From an uncultured Dehalococcoidia bacterium (GTDB taxonomy: Bacteria > Chloroflexota > Dehalococcoidia > Lucifugimonadales > UBA3495): DNA of 64,000 nt. Within the stretch, counting starts at the first letter, position 1, and each line of letters starts with the position of its first letter. Positions 27,808 to 36,857 of this stretch are shown here, piece after piece. The position numbers were made by a program, and so were the translations under genes. The notes under the pieces were generated by a model. The model ran no database searches, was not told where the DNA came from, and saw only the letters and a program-made list of their open reading frames with translations. The stretch lies in contig CATMOE010000003.1 of assembly GCA_950072105.1 (NCBI GenBank), positions 32,001 to 96,000 of the forward strand, in the 5' to 3' direction.

Positions 27808-28188
27808 CTAGCTCCGTTCCAGCAGTTCTATCCGCACATCCCCAGGCGCGCGGACAAAGGCGATCTTCAGTCCTGGCCGCAGTTCGAAAGGTTCCGTGGC
27901 GAACTCGGCGCCCTTGGCCTTCAATTCTTCTGCCGCTTGCGCCAAGTTCTCCACCCGGAACCCGAAGTGATCCAAACCCAAGTGAGGGTCCCGCAACCCG
28001 GCGGGCACGCTCTCGTCAGCCTTGGCGATGAAGATCATCAGCCCGTTGAGATCGATGTCGATTCGAGGCTGACCGTCCGACTGAACCGACTCCACAATCT
28101 TAGCGTCGAACATCTTGTTGAAGTACTGGGCCGTCTCCATCGGGTTCTGGCTGCGAAGATGTATGTGGTCATACGTATAAGTAGTCAT
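27808..28188 (-). CDS. VOC/glyoxalase family protein
   Basis: YDHIHL..GLDHFGFRV..IAFVRAPGDVRIELLE. Confidence 0.9.
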   Translation of the reverse strand: MTTYTYDHIHLRSQNPMETAQYFNKMFDAKIVESVQSDGQPRIDIDLNGLMIFIAKADESVPAGLRDPHLGLDHFGFRVENLAQAAEELKAKGAEFATEPFELRPGLKIAFVRAPGDVRIELLERS

Positions 28189-28256
28189 ATCTCTCCTCCG
28201 ATGTTTTTAGTTCATCGACAGATCGGAATGCAACTCCTGTCCATCCAGTCGTAAAG

Positions 28257-28290
28257 CCCCCCTTTCGTAAAGGGGGGTTGGGGGGATTTC
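28257..28290 (+). repeat. C6-TTTCGTAAA-G6 palindromic repeat (intergenic)
   Basis: CCCCCCTTTCGTAAAGGGGGGTTGGGGGGATTTC. Confidence 0.85.
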
Positions 28291-28999
28291 ACCCCGCCAC
28301 GTCCAACAGGTCCTTGAGCAGCCTGCAGTTCCGGCAGTTCCTTCGGCCAAATGGACTGATATCCGAGTCCAATATGTCCCTAACCCGGATAAGCAACGGA
28401 CCGATGATTGAAGTTTTCAATTCCACCGGAACCACATTTGCCACAAACCCCATAGCAAACCCGTCGTCCCGGTGGACACCCTCTCCGGCGGCGTCGTCAT
28501 CGCTGGTTGCCGGCTCCGTATAAATAAGCGCCAATCCCGTCACCGGCTCCAAACCGCACTGTTCCCCGATCAAGGCGTAGGCGTTGAGTTGGGCTTCGTA
28601 AAGTGGGAACAGCCGCTCTTGATAAGGCGTGTACCTGGAGGTCTTATAGTCCACGATCAAGTGGGATCCGTCGGGCCGCACGAACACGCCGTCCGGGTTT
28701 CCGGTCAGCATTATATCGTTGTCATGGTCGACGATGTTGAATTTGGTGTGATGGGGAGGCGGTTTGTACCCCGCCAACTCTCCCAGAGACTCGAACCAAA
28801 CGGGGGCCCCGCCTCCCTTGTCGAACCAACCGTGGACGACCTTCTTGCTGAATGAGTCTATGGAGCTGAAGATGCCGGGAAAGGACTGATAGGGGAGCCG
28901 GTCGGGTACCCGTCGTTTGACCCAAAAGCACCGGGGGCAGAAGTCGGGCATGGCCAGTTCTGCCAGGACCTTGGCGGATATTCGCAACTGTTGGACCAA
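28289..28999 (-). CDS. PD-(D/E)XK nuclease, RecB/Cas4-like
   Basis: CPRCFW..LTGNPDG..IVDYKT..QLNAYA..CRNC. Confidence 0.8.
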   Translation of the reverse strand: MVQQLRISAKVLAELAMPDFCPRCFWVKRRVPDRLPYQSFPGIFSSIDSFSKKVVHGWFDKGGGAPVWFESLGELAGYKPPPHHTKFNIVDHDNDIMLTGNPDGVFVRPDGSHLIVDYKTSRYTPYQERLFPLYEAQLNAYALIGEQCGLEPVTGLALIYTEPATSDDDAAGEGVHRDDGFAMGFVANVVPVELKTSIIGPLLIRVRDILDSDISPFGRRNCRNCRLLKDLLDVAG

Positions 29000-29284
29000 G
29001 GTTGACTCCCAGGGACCGCGGGTCCAGCCGATTCAGATCTATCTGATTGCCTGCTCCGAACCCGCATCAACTTTACGTAGACACGCGATAACCGGGGCCT
29101 GGCGCGGACATAACGTATGCCCGTGCCGATTGGGTTGTCAAGAGACGATTTGACGCTGGTTGGCGGTCATCATAGAATAACCTCGTATCCATCTAGGTCC
29201 AGGGGATTTGCTAAGGCGGATTCCCGATCGCGATTAAGACTTGCCCATCCTCTTACCCAAGCGCCCTTTTACAACTGGGAACAG

Positions 29285-29449
29285 CCTGCAGGTGGCCCCG
29301 TTGCCGGGGCTTAATAGGGAAGCCGGTGGGAGTCCGGCGCGGTCCCGCCACTGTAACTGGATGAGGCTATCTCCATTGCCAACCCCACGGCGTTAAGGCC
29401 GGGAAGGCGGGGGATGGCCCGTTATCCGGAAGCCAGGAGACCTGCCGCA
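29285..29449 (+). ncRNA. Cobalamin riboswitch
   Basis: AATAGGGAAGCCGGTG..TCCGGCGCGGTCCCGCCACTGT..GGGAAGGC..AAGCCAGGAGACCTGCC (B12 box), upstream of cob genes. Confidence 0.95.
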
Positions 29450-29502
29450 GACTCGACTTGATACACTTCGAGGATAAGGGTATGGGTCTTGGAGAGCATC
29501 AA

Positions 29503-29529
29503 CCCGGCCGAGAAGCCGGGCATTTTTTT
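29503..29529 (+). terminator. Intrinsic terminator (riboswitch expression platform)
   Basis: CCCGGC-CGAGAA-GCCGGG-CA-T7 between the aptamer and the first gene. Confidence 0.75.
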
Positions 29530-29573
29530 GGGGTGAAGCCTTCGAATGCTTTCCCCACACCAAGGAGACCCGA

Positions 29574-29957
29574 ATGATACGCGAGATACTTGAGGCCTGC
29601 CAGCCGGGGTTTGCCGAGGTAGTCCTGATGTTGGCCAACAACGGGGCCACCGCCGAGGTCTACACCATGTTTGAGGACCTGCGTTTTGCCGATGACGGCA
29701 ACGTCGTCACCTTCATGGCCGAAGGGGGCACCCACCTCCATATGCACATGAACGAGGTCAAAGAGGTCCGGTTCATCCACAATACAAACGCTGAGGGCCT
29801 ACCCAGCTACTCAGTCTGGTTTATAGACGGAGAAGATCAGCCCATGCTTCGCGTCTATCTGAGAAAATCAGAAAAGGACGAGACGAATCAACCCAGGCAC
29901 GACCTGTTTATCAGCCTCCAAAAGAAGTACGGCGAAAGCTTATCCATCCCTAACTAA
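29574..29957 (+). CDS. ChuX/HutX-like tetrapyrrole carrier protein
   Basis: L..F.EV.L...N.GATAEV..HLH....VKEVRF..SYSVWF.D..QPMLRVYL..F..L..KYG resembles HutX/HemS domains. Confidence 0.6.
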   Translation: MIREILEACQPGFAEVVLMLANNGATAEVYTMFEDLRFADDGNVVTFMAEGGTHLHMHMNEVKEVRFIHNTNAEGLPSYSVWFIDGEDQPMLRVYLRKSEKDETNQPRHDLFISLQKKYGESLSIPN

Positions 29958-30026
29958 GCCAGCAGTGAGGGGTATAATAGCCCCTGATAGCTGACGGCTG
30001 ATTGCCGATAGCTGGGAGACTTACAC

Positions 30027-31403
30027 TTGACTTCATCCGTCGTAATTGCCGGCGTTCGCAGCGGGGTCGGCAAGACCACCATCGCCACCGGAATCATGGG
30101 CGCATTGACCCGGCGCGGCCAACTCGTTCAGCCTTTCAAAGCCGGTCCGGACTACATCGATCCGTCTTATCATAAACTTGCCTGCGGAGTCCCCTCCCGC
30201 AACCTGGATACCTGGTTGATGCCTCACCAAACTGTGTTGGAGTTGTTCCAGCGGGCCGGCTCTCAGCGCCAAATTTCAATAGTTGAAGGGGTGATGGGAG
30301 TATTCGACGGCCACTCCAATCTCTCGGAAGAGGGCTCCACCGCTGAGCTTGCCAAGCTGTTGAACGCCCCAGTCATATTAGTGGCTGACGCTTCCAAAGT
30401 TGCCCGCAGCGTGGCCGCTGAGATTTTGGGATACCAGCAGTTTGACCCTGATCTAAGGATCGCCGGCGTCATCCTGAATGGGGTCGGCAGCCCCCGCCAC
30501 ATGGAATTCTGCCAGCCGCAGATCGAGGCCACCACCGGGATACCGGTACTGGGCTACCTGCCCCGCCGGGATGAACTGGTGCAACCCGAGCGTCACCTGG
30601 GCCTGATTCCCACCGTGGAGGGCACGGTGGCTCGCCAATGGTACGACACGCTGATTGCCCAGGTGGAAGAAACCATCGACCTGGACCGTATCGTTGCTAT
30701 CGCCTCCGGTTCCAAGAGTGCCGAAGTCTTCCCGGCGGCGTATCCAACCGAACCTCAACCCAAGCGGGCCCGGATTGCCATCGCGCAGGACATGGCCTTT
30801 AGTTTTTACTATCAGGACTCATTGGACCTGCTTGAAGCATGGGGGGCCGAGCTTGTTTCTTTTAGCCCCCTGGAGGACACGAGCTTACCCCAAGGCGCCG
30901 GTGGCATTTACCTGGGCGGCGGCTTCCCCGAGATGTTTGGCGCCGAACTGGCGGCCAACAAGCCCATGCACGACGCGATACGGAAGGCGGTCAGCGACGG
31001 CGTGCCGGTCTACGCCGAGTGCGGTGGCCTGATGTACCTTGGCCGGAGCCTGGACGACCTTGACGGGACACGGCACACCATGGTCGGAGTGATTCCTGCC
31101 GTGTCCGCAATGTCCCATCAGCGTATGACCCTCGGTTACCGGGAGGTTGAGTCCCGCCGAGATGGTCCGCTGATGTTGCAAGGGCAGCGGGTACGGGGCC
31201 ACGAATTTCACTGGTCTACGCTGGAGGAGCCACCCGATCCTGACCAGTCAGTTTACAAAGTTGTGGACCAAGACAACCGGGCCGACGGGTTCCAGGCGGG
31301 AAGCGTGTACGCGTCCTACATCCACATCCATCTGGGCAGTGACCCGTCCCTCGCCCCCCGCTTCGTGGAAACTTGTGCTCCCCATTCGAGCATGGGGCTT
31401 TAA
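30027..31403 (+). CDS. cobB: Cobyrinate a,c-diamide synthase
   Basis: SGVGKTT, FKAGPDYIDP, VEGVMG, ERHLGL, AFSFYY, GGGFPE, AECGGLMYL, GHEFH. Confidence 0.95.
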   Translation: MTSSVVIAGVRSGVGKTTIATGIMGALTRRGQLVQPFKAGPDYIDPSYHKLACGVPSRNLDTWLMPHQTVLELFQRAGSQRQISIVEGVMGVFDGHSNLSEEGSTAELAKLLNAPVILVADASKVARSVAAEILGYQQFDPDLRIAGVILNGVGSPRHMEFCQPQIEATTGIPVLGYLPRRDELVQPERHLGLIPTVEGTVARQWYDTLIAQVEETIDLDRIVAIASGSKSAEVFPAAYPTEPQPKRARIAIAQDMAFSFYYQDSLDLLEAWGAELVSFSPLEDTSLPQGAGGIYLGGGFPEMFGAELAANKPMHDAIRKAVSDGVPVYAECGGLMYLGRSLDDLDGTRHTMVGVIPAVSAMSHQRMTLGYREVESRRDGPLMLQGQRVRGHEFHWSTLEEPPDPDQSVYKVVDQDNRADGFQAGSVYASYIHIHLGSDPSLAPRFVETCAPHSSMGL

Positions 31404-31444
31404 GCCCCGTTACTTGAGCAACCGTTATTGGAGGTCAACGACCC

Positions 31445-32017
31445 ATGAGCACCGGAGAAAGTTCTGAACCGGGCCCCCAGTCCGTAACCGGCCCACGCAT
31501 CAACAAGGGACTGGTCATCGTCAACACCGGCAACGGCAAGGGGAAGACCACCGCCGCCATGGGTGTGCTGTTTCGCGCCTGGGGCAGAGACTTCAAGGTA
31601 ATCATGCTCCAGTTCATCAAACATTCCACCGCCAACTTCGGTGAGCAACGCGCTGCCAAAAAGATCGGCGTAGAGATGCGGGCCATGGGCGACGGATTTA
31701 CCTGGCGCTCTAAAGACTTGGATCAATCTGCCGACATGGCCCGTGCCCACTGGGATGACTGCAAGGAGATTATCGCCTCCGGAGATTACGACGTGATCGT
31801 GCTGGATGAGTTCACCTATCCGATGCACTACGGCTGGATCCCGGTAGAGGAAGTTGTCGAGGTTCTGAAAAACCGGCCTGAGATGCAGCACGTAATCATC
31901 ACCGGCCGCCACGCCCCTCAAGAGTTGATCGATTACGCTGACTTGGTCACCGAGATGAACGTGATCAAACATCCCTACCACGAAGGCATCAAAGCCCAAC
32001 CGGGTATCGAGTTTTAA
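31445..32017 (+). CDS. cobO: Cob(I)yrinate diamide adenosyltransferase (CobO/BtuR)
   Basis: [51 protein letters not shown]. Confidence 0.95.
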   Translation: MSTGESSEPGPQSVTGPRINKGLVIVNTGNGKGKTTAAMGVLFRAWGRDFKVIMLQFIKHSTANFGEQRAAKKIGVEMRAMGDGFTWRSKDLDQSADMARAHWDDCKEIIASGDYDVIVLDEFTYPMHYGWIPVEEVVEVLKNRPEMQHVIITGRHAPQELIDYADLVTEMNVIKHPYHEGIKAQPGIEF

Positions 32018-32038
32018 GCTGCGCCTTAGGAACAATCA

Positions 32039-33133
32039 ATGACCACTTCGGACCTCATAGAGCAAACATTGGCGGCGATATTCCCTCCGGACCAGAGCGC
32101 CATGGACGCGGCGCGGGCGCGGCAGGACACCCTGACCAAACCCCAGGGCAGCCTGGGACGGCTGGAAGAGCTGTCCATCACTCTGGCGGGCATCTTTAGA
32201 GTTCCCATCCCTCAGATAAATCGCAAGTCGGTGATCCTGGTGGCCGGAGACCACGGCGTTGTGGCCGAGGGTGTCAGCGCCTATCCACAAGAGGTGACAC
32301 CCGCCATGGTCGCCAATTTCCTGGCCGGCGGCGCGGCGATCAATGTGCTGGCCCGGCACGTGGGAGCAAGTATCGTCGTTCTGGACGCCGGTGTCGCCGC
32401 CGACCTGGAGCCCCACCCGTTATTGAAGTTGGTCAAGATTGGCCGTGGCACCGCGAATATCGCCGCCGGGCCGGCGATGACCCGCCAAGACGCCATCAAG
32501 TGCATCGAAACCGGGATAGCGGCCGCCAACGATCAGATCGCCGAAGGCGCCGACCTCATCGCCTTCGGGGACATGGGCATCGGCAATACCACTCCCTCCA
32601 GTGCCATAACTGCGGTCGTGACCGGCGCCGACCCAGAGGTGACCACCGGCAGGGGCACCGGCCTGGACGACCCGGCTCTGGCCCATAAGATCGACGTGGT
32701 GCGCCGGGCGATTGAAGTTAACAATCCGGACCCTAAAGACGGCCTCGACCTGCTTGCCAAAGTCGGCGGTTTCGAGATCGGGGTGCTGGCCGGGGCCATG
32801 CTGGGCACCGCGGCGGGTCACCGTCCGGCGGTCGTCGACGGATTCATCTCCGGTGCGGCCGCTCTTATCGCCTGGACCATGTCCCCAACGCTGAGCCACT
32901 ACCTCATTGCCTCTCACCAATCCGTTGAGCCGGGCCATCGCATCGGCATGGAAACAATGGGTCTGACCCCCCTGTTGGACATGGGCATGCGTCTGGGAGA
33001 AGGGTCGGGCGCTGCTTTGGCGATGCCGATCATCGAAGCCGCGGCCAAGTGCCTATCGGAAATGGCCACCTTCGCCGACGCCGGAGTCTCGGAGCGTATC
33101 GAAGACGAGAACGGCGGGGAGCCTCAAAGCTGA
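32039..33133 (+). CDS. cobT: Nicotinate-nucleotide-dimethylbenzimidazole phosphoribosyltransferase
   Basis: LTKPQGSLGRLE, AGDHGV, GDMGIGNTT, VGGFEI, DGFIS, MRLGEGSGA. Confidence 0.95.
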   Translation: MTTSDLIEQTLAAIFPPDQSAMDAARARQDTLTKPQGSLGRLEELSITLAGIFRVPIPQINRKSVILVAGDHGVVAEGVSAYPQEVTPAMVANFLAGGAAINVLARHVGASIVVLDAGVAADLEPHPLLKLVKIGRGTANIAAGPAMTRQDAIKCIETGIAAANDQIAEGADLIAFGDMGIGNTTPSSAITAVVTGADPEVTTGRGTGLDDPALAHKIDVVRRAIEVNNPDPKDGLDLLAKVGGFEIGVLAGAMLGTAAGHRPAVVDGFISGAAALIAWTMSPTLSHYLIASHQSVEPGHRIGMETMGLTPLLDMGMRLGEGSGAALAMPIIEAAAKCLSEMATFADAGVSERIEDENGGEPQS

Positions 33134-33918
33134 CACCATTTCTGGCGGCCCTTAGTTTCCTCACCGTGTTTCCCTTCATCGGTAGACGCAGCTTTAGCCA
33201 ACGGGAAATTAGCGACTCCCGGGCCTATTACCCAACGGTGGGGTTGTTCCTAGGGCTCCTCTTGGTTGGGGTGGAGCTTGGCGGTCGCGAGTTGTTTCCG
33301 GTTTATCTGACCGCTGCCCTGTTGCTGGTTGTCCTGGTGGTGGCGACTCGTGGCCTTCACCTGGACGGGTTCATGGATGTGTGCGACGGCCTTTTTGGCG
33401 GTTACACTCGGGAACGCCGTCTGGAAATCATGCGAGACTCCAACGTCGGCGCTTTCGCCGTCGCCGGAGCCGCTTCCCTGTTGATCTTGAAATATGGGGC
33501 GCTGCTCTCTTTGCTGACCATCCCATCGCCGGGCAAAGAATGGTCTTTATTGCTTTTCCCGATGATGTCCCGTTGGTCCATGGTTGTCGCTTTGGAGGCC
33601 TTCCCCTACGTCCGTGGCGATGGTCTGGGTTCGCCCTTCCACGAGGGGGGGTCAAGACTCGCCACGTTTATTGCCGTGTTGATCGCGGTTTTGGCGTCAG
33701 CAGTTCTCGGCGGAATCGGCGGAATCGGCTTGCTGTTTGGGGCGTCCGTCCTGGCTTGGTTTCTTGGCAAGGTGATGTCCAACATGCTGGGTGGTCTGAC
33801 CGGAGACTCTTATGGAGCGATCAACGAAGTGACTGAGGTAGGAGTTCTGGTGGCCGCTGTGGCGTTGCTGCCCCACGGTCTGATCGAGCCGTTGCCGGCT
33901 CTATTGGGAGTATTCTGA
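33130..33918 (+). CDS. cobS: Adenosylcobinamide-GDP ribazoletransferase, probable CTG start
   Basis: ALSFLT, TRGLHLDGFMDVCDG, RLEIMRDSNVGAF, GGLTGDSYGA; CTGA overlaps the cobT stop. Confidence 0.92.
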   Translation: MTPFLAALSFLTVFPFIGRRSFSQREISDSRAYYPTVGLFLGLLLVGVELGGRELFPVYLTAALLLVVLVVATRGLHLDGFMDVCDGLFGGYTRERRLEIMRDSNVGAFAVAGAASLLILKYGALLSLLTIPSPGKEWSLLLFPMMSRWSMVVALEAFPYVRGDGLGSPFHEGGSRLATFIAVLIAVLASAVLGGIGGIGLLFGASVLAWFLGKVMSNMLGGLTGDSYGAINEVTEVGVLVAAVALLPHGLIEPLPALLGVF

Positions 33919-34862
33919 TGCTCTGGTCCGTGCCTCCGGATCTGGCGGTTCTGATAGTGGCCGTGGTTCTGGAGATGGTAGGCCGCGAACCGCCCAAGTG
34001 GCTTCATCCCACGGTGTGGATCGGACGCACCGTGACCATTGCCGAAGCAAATGCCCCAACATCTCGCAACGGCGGATTTATAATTGGCGTCATGATTCTG
34101 CTGCTTATCACCGGATTTTGGTGTGCCGCCGCCTATTTCGCCGCGGCGGGCTTGCGCGACGTCCACCAGGTAGCTTACGTCTTGGTCGGTGGCTTCCTAC
34201 TTAAGACCACTTTTTCTGTCAAGATGCTCCACCAAACGGCGGCTCGGGTTCGTGAACTGCTGACCGCGGGTGACATGGCAGGGGTGCGCGCCCAGATGTC
34301 ATCGCTGGTCAGTCGTGACCCGTCCCAACTCACAGCAGAGGGGGCCACCGCCGCCACTGTCGAGTCGGTGTCGGAGAACATCGCCGACAGCATTATCGGG
34401 CCCTGGTTGGCTTTTGCCCTTTTCGGACTCCCCGGCGCCGTCGCCTATCGTGCCATCAACACCCTGGATAGTATGATAGGCTACCATGGCCGCTACGAGT
34501 ATCTGGGAAAAGCTTCGGCCCGGTTCGACGATTTGGTGAACCTGATCCCTTCCAGGCTGGCCGGGCTGCTTCTGGTAATTGCCAGTCTCGTATTGCCAGG
34601 GCAGAAAGCATCAGATGCTTGGCGGATCATGTTGCGGGATCATGGCAAGACCGAAAGCCCTAACGCCGGTTGGACGATGAGCGGCATGGCGGGCGCCTTG
34701 GGAGTTGAACTGGAGAAAGCCGATCATTACCGGTTGGGCGACGCCAGGCGGCAAGTGGAGCCTGAGGACATCACCCGAACCGTTCGCACCATGTATGTTG
34801 TTGCGGGGGCCGGTTTGCTTTTAGCGTTAGGAATAACTTACTTGAGGTCGGGAATCTGGTGA
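33918..34862 (+). CDS. cbiB: Adenosylcobinamide-phosphate synthase
   Basis: HPTVWIG, LVSRD, VESVSENIAD, YRAINTLDSMIGY, DDLVNLIPSRL, SPNAGW. Confidence 0.93.
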   Translation: MLWSVPPDLAVLIVAVVLEMVGREPPKWLHPTVWIGRTVTIAEANAPTSRNGGFIIGVMILLLITGFWCAAAYFAAAGLRDVHQVAYVLVGGFLLKTTFSVKMLHQTAARVRELLTAGDMAGVRAQMSSLVSRDPSQLTAEGATAATVESVSENIADSIIGPWLAFALFGLPGAVAYRAINTLDSMIGYHGRYEYLGKASARFDDLVNLIPSRLAGLLLVIASLVLPGQKASDAWRIMLRDHGKTESPNAGWTMSGMAGALGVELEKADHYRLGDARRQVEPEDITRTVRTMYVVAGAGLLLALGITYLRSGIW

Positions 34863-34878
34863 TGGCGCGGGTTTACTG

Positions 34879-36018
34879 ATGACTACACAGGGGCCTTCCG
34901 GCCACGACCCGGAAGTTTCGACTGGGCGACCCGTCCACGGCGGCATCAAACCTTCTCAACTTCGCGCCCTGGGCCTGCGTCCCGAAGATGTCCTGGACTT
35001 CAGCGCCAGTGTCAGCCCCATCGGGCCACCGGAAGGAGTGTGGGACGCCATGCGCAGGGTGGACCTTGGGGCCTACCCAGATCCGGCATGTTTGGAGTTG
35101 CGGGAGTCGCTGTCCCAAACTCTTCCGCCATTTCAAGGTAAACCGGTCCCGGTGGAACGAATCCTGGTGGGAAACGGCTCCACCGAAATCATCCACCTGC
35201 TGGCTCGGGTTTATCTGTCTGACTTGGGTTCGGACAGAGAGCCTAGCGTTTTCCAACTAACGCCCACTTACGGCGAGTACACGGGGGCCTGCCGCCAAGC
35301 CGGCGCCGTGGTTTCGAGTTTCGAAGCAACATCCAACCCAGCGTTCTGCTGGGATATAGTCGAGGCGGCGCAACAAATAATCCAAGAACGTCCCAGACTG
35401 GTGTTTGTTTGCAACCCCAACAACCCCACCGGCGTCTACTTGGGCTTGGAAGAGATCGAACCTTTGACTGAAGCGGCTGCCGCCTGTGGAGCATTGATGG
35501 TGATCGACGAAGCCTACCTTTCATTCGTCAATGATTCTTGGGACAGCATGGGCTTGCCGGCGCTGGACAACGTGGTCCTGTTGCGCTCTATGACTAAAGA
35601 CTACGCTTTGACCGGTTTGAGATTGGGTTACGCGATCGCATCGGAAAACGTGATCGCCGACCTGCAAGCGTTCCAGCCCGACTGGAGCGTCAACGGTCTG
35701 GCTCAAGCGGCTGGGCTGGCCGCCCTGGCCGACACCGAATATCTGCCTCGAGCGCGGCAGGCCATCGACCAGGCCAAGTCACTCCTGTCAGACCGGCTGG
35801 ACCGGCTCAGCCTAACCGTCCATCCTTCCGCCGCCAACTTCCTGCTGGTCAACGTGGGCGATGCCGGTGTCTGGCATGACAAACTTATGCGCCTGGGTCT
35901 CTTCGTTCGGGACTGTACCTCCTTCGGCCTACCCGAACACATCAGGATCGGCATCCGTTCAATGGCCGATTGTCAGCGTCTCATTGAAGCCATGGAAACG
36001 GTTTCGTTCCAAGTCTAA
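34879..36018 (+). CDS. cobD: Threonine-phosphate decarboxylase-like PLP enzyme (CobD/CobC)
   Basis: HGG..LDFSASVSP, YPDP, GNGSTE, CNPNNPTG, DEAY, LRSMTKDYALTGLRLGY, VRDC; lies in the cob cluster. Confidence 0.85.
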   Translation: MTTQGPSGHDPEVSTGRPVHGGIKPSQLRALGLRPEDVLDFSASVSPIGPPEGVWDAMRRVDLGAYPDPACLELRESLSQTLPPFQGKPVPVERILVGNGSTEIIHLLARVYLSDLGSDREPSVFQLTPTYGEYTGACRQAGAVVSSFEATSNPAFCWDIVEAAQQIIQERPRLVFVCNPNNPTGVYLGLEEIEPLTEAAAACGALMVIDEAYLSFVNDSWDSMGLPALDNVVLLRSMTKDYALTGLRLGYAIASENVIADLQAFQPDWSVNGLAQAAGLAALADTEYLPRARQAIDQAKSLLSDRLDRLSLTVHPSAANFLLVNVGDAGVWHDKLMRLGLFVRDCTSFGLPEHIRIGIRSMADCQRLIEAMETVSFQV

Positions 36019-36055
36019 AGCAAACCCATGCCCCGCTAATGTAATCGTATCCTAG

Positions 36056-36088
36056 CCCCCCTTTCGTAAAGGAGGGTTGGGGGGATTC
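36056..36088 (+). repeat. C6-TTTCGTAAA-G6 palindromic repeat (intergenic)
   Basis: CCCCCCTTTCGTAAAGGAGGGTTGGGGGGATTC. Confidence 0.85.
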
Positions 36089-36208
36089 CCCCCTACGCTC
36101 AACCAAAAAATCCGCAAAAAATTCCACCTAAATCCACGTCTGACCGTTGCTTGCCCATCGCCAGCGGCCCGGTTAGAATGATTTGTATACGGTTCTTCGG
36201 GAGGGACA

Positions 36209-36769
36209 ATGGCCACCAACGACACCGCTCAACGCAACCGCTTTTCCGACACTTTTGGCTACGCATCCGGCCGGGCCGCAACCAAAGTAGTCGGCAAAAT
36301 GACCCCTTACGTGCAGGAGTTCATCCAGAATGCCCCCTTTGTGATTCAGGCCAGCGCCGACGCCGACGGCAATTGCGACGCCTCCCCCAAAGGCGGCAAG
36401 CCGGGGTTCGTCAAAGTACTGGACGAAAAGCACCTCGTATTCCCGGACGTGGCCGGCAACAAGCTATTCCAGACCTATCAAAACCTTGATAGCAACTCCC
36501 ACATCGGACTCCTCTTCCTCATTCCCGGTGTCAACGATGTTGTCCGAGTCAATGGGCGCGTTACCATCGTAGACCAAGAGGAATTGGAAAAAATGGATGT
36601 CGAAGTCGCTCTCTTCGAGATCGACGAGCGGTCTCACCACCTGCAAGGAATCGTTATCGAAGTGGACGAGTCGTATACCCATTGTCCCAGGGCCCTGAAG
36701 TTCTCTGATCTTTGGAATCCAGAGACCATCTCGGCCAACATCGCTGAACGCCCGATTGCGGACCGATAA
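36209..36769 (+). CDS. Pyridoxamine 5'-phosphate oxidase-like FMN-binding protein
   Basis: CDASPKGG.PGFV, PD..GN, IGLLFLIPG, RVNG, HCPRA. Confidence 0.88.
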   Translation: MATNDTAQRNRFSDTFGYASGRAATKVVGKMTPYVQEFIQNAPFVIQASADADGNCDASPKGGKPGFVKVLDEKHLVFPDVAGNKLFQTYQNLDSNSHIGLLFLIPGVNDVVRVNGRVTIVDQEELEKMDVEVALFEIDERSHHLQGIVIEVDESYTHCPRALKFSDLWNPETISANIAERPIADR

Positions 36770-36857
36770 CCGAATAATTCAGGACCCGAAGGCTCCTACA
36801 AGGGCTCCTCTGGACCTATCCCTGTGGAAGCCTCCAGGGAAGTAGTAGATCATCATA

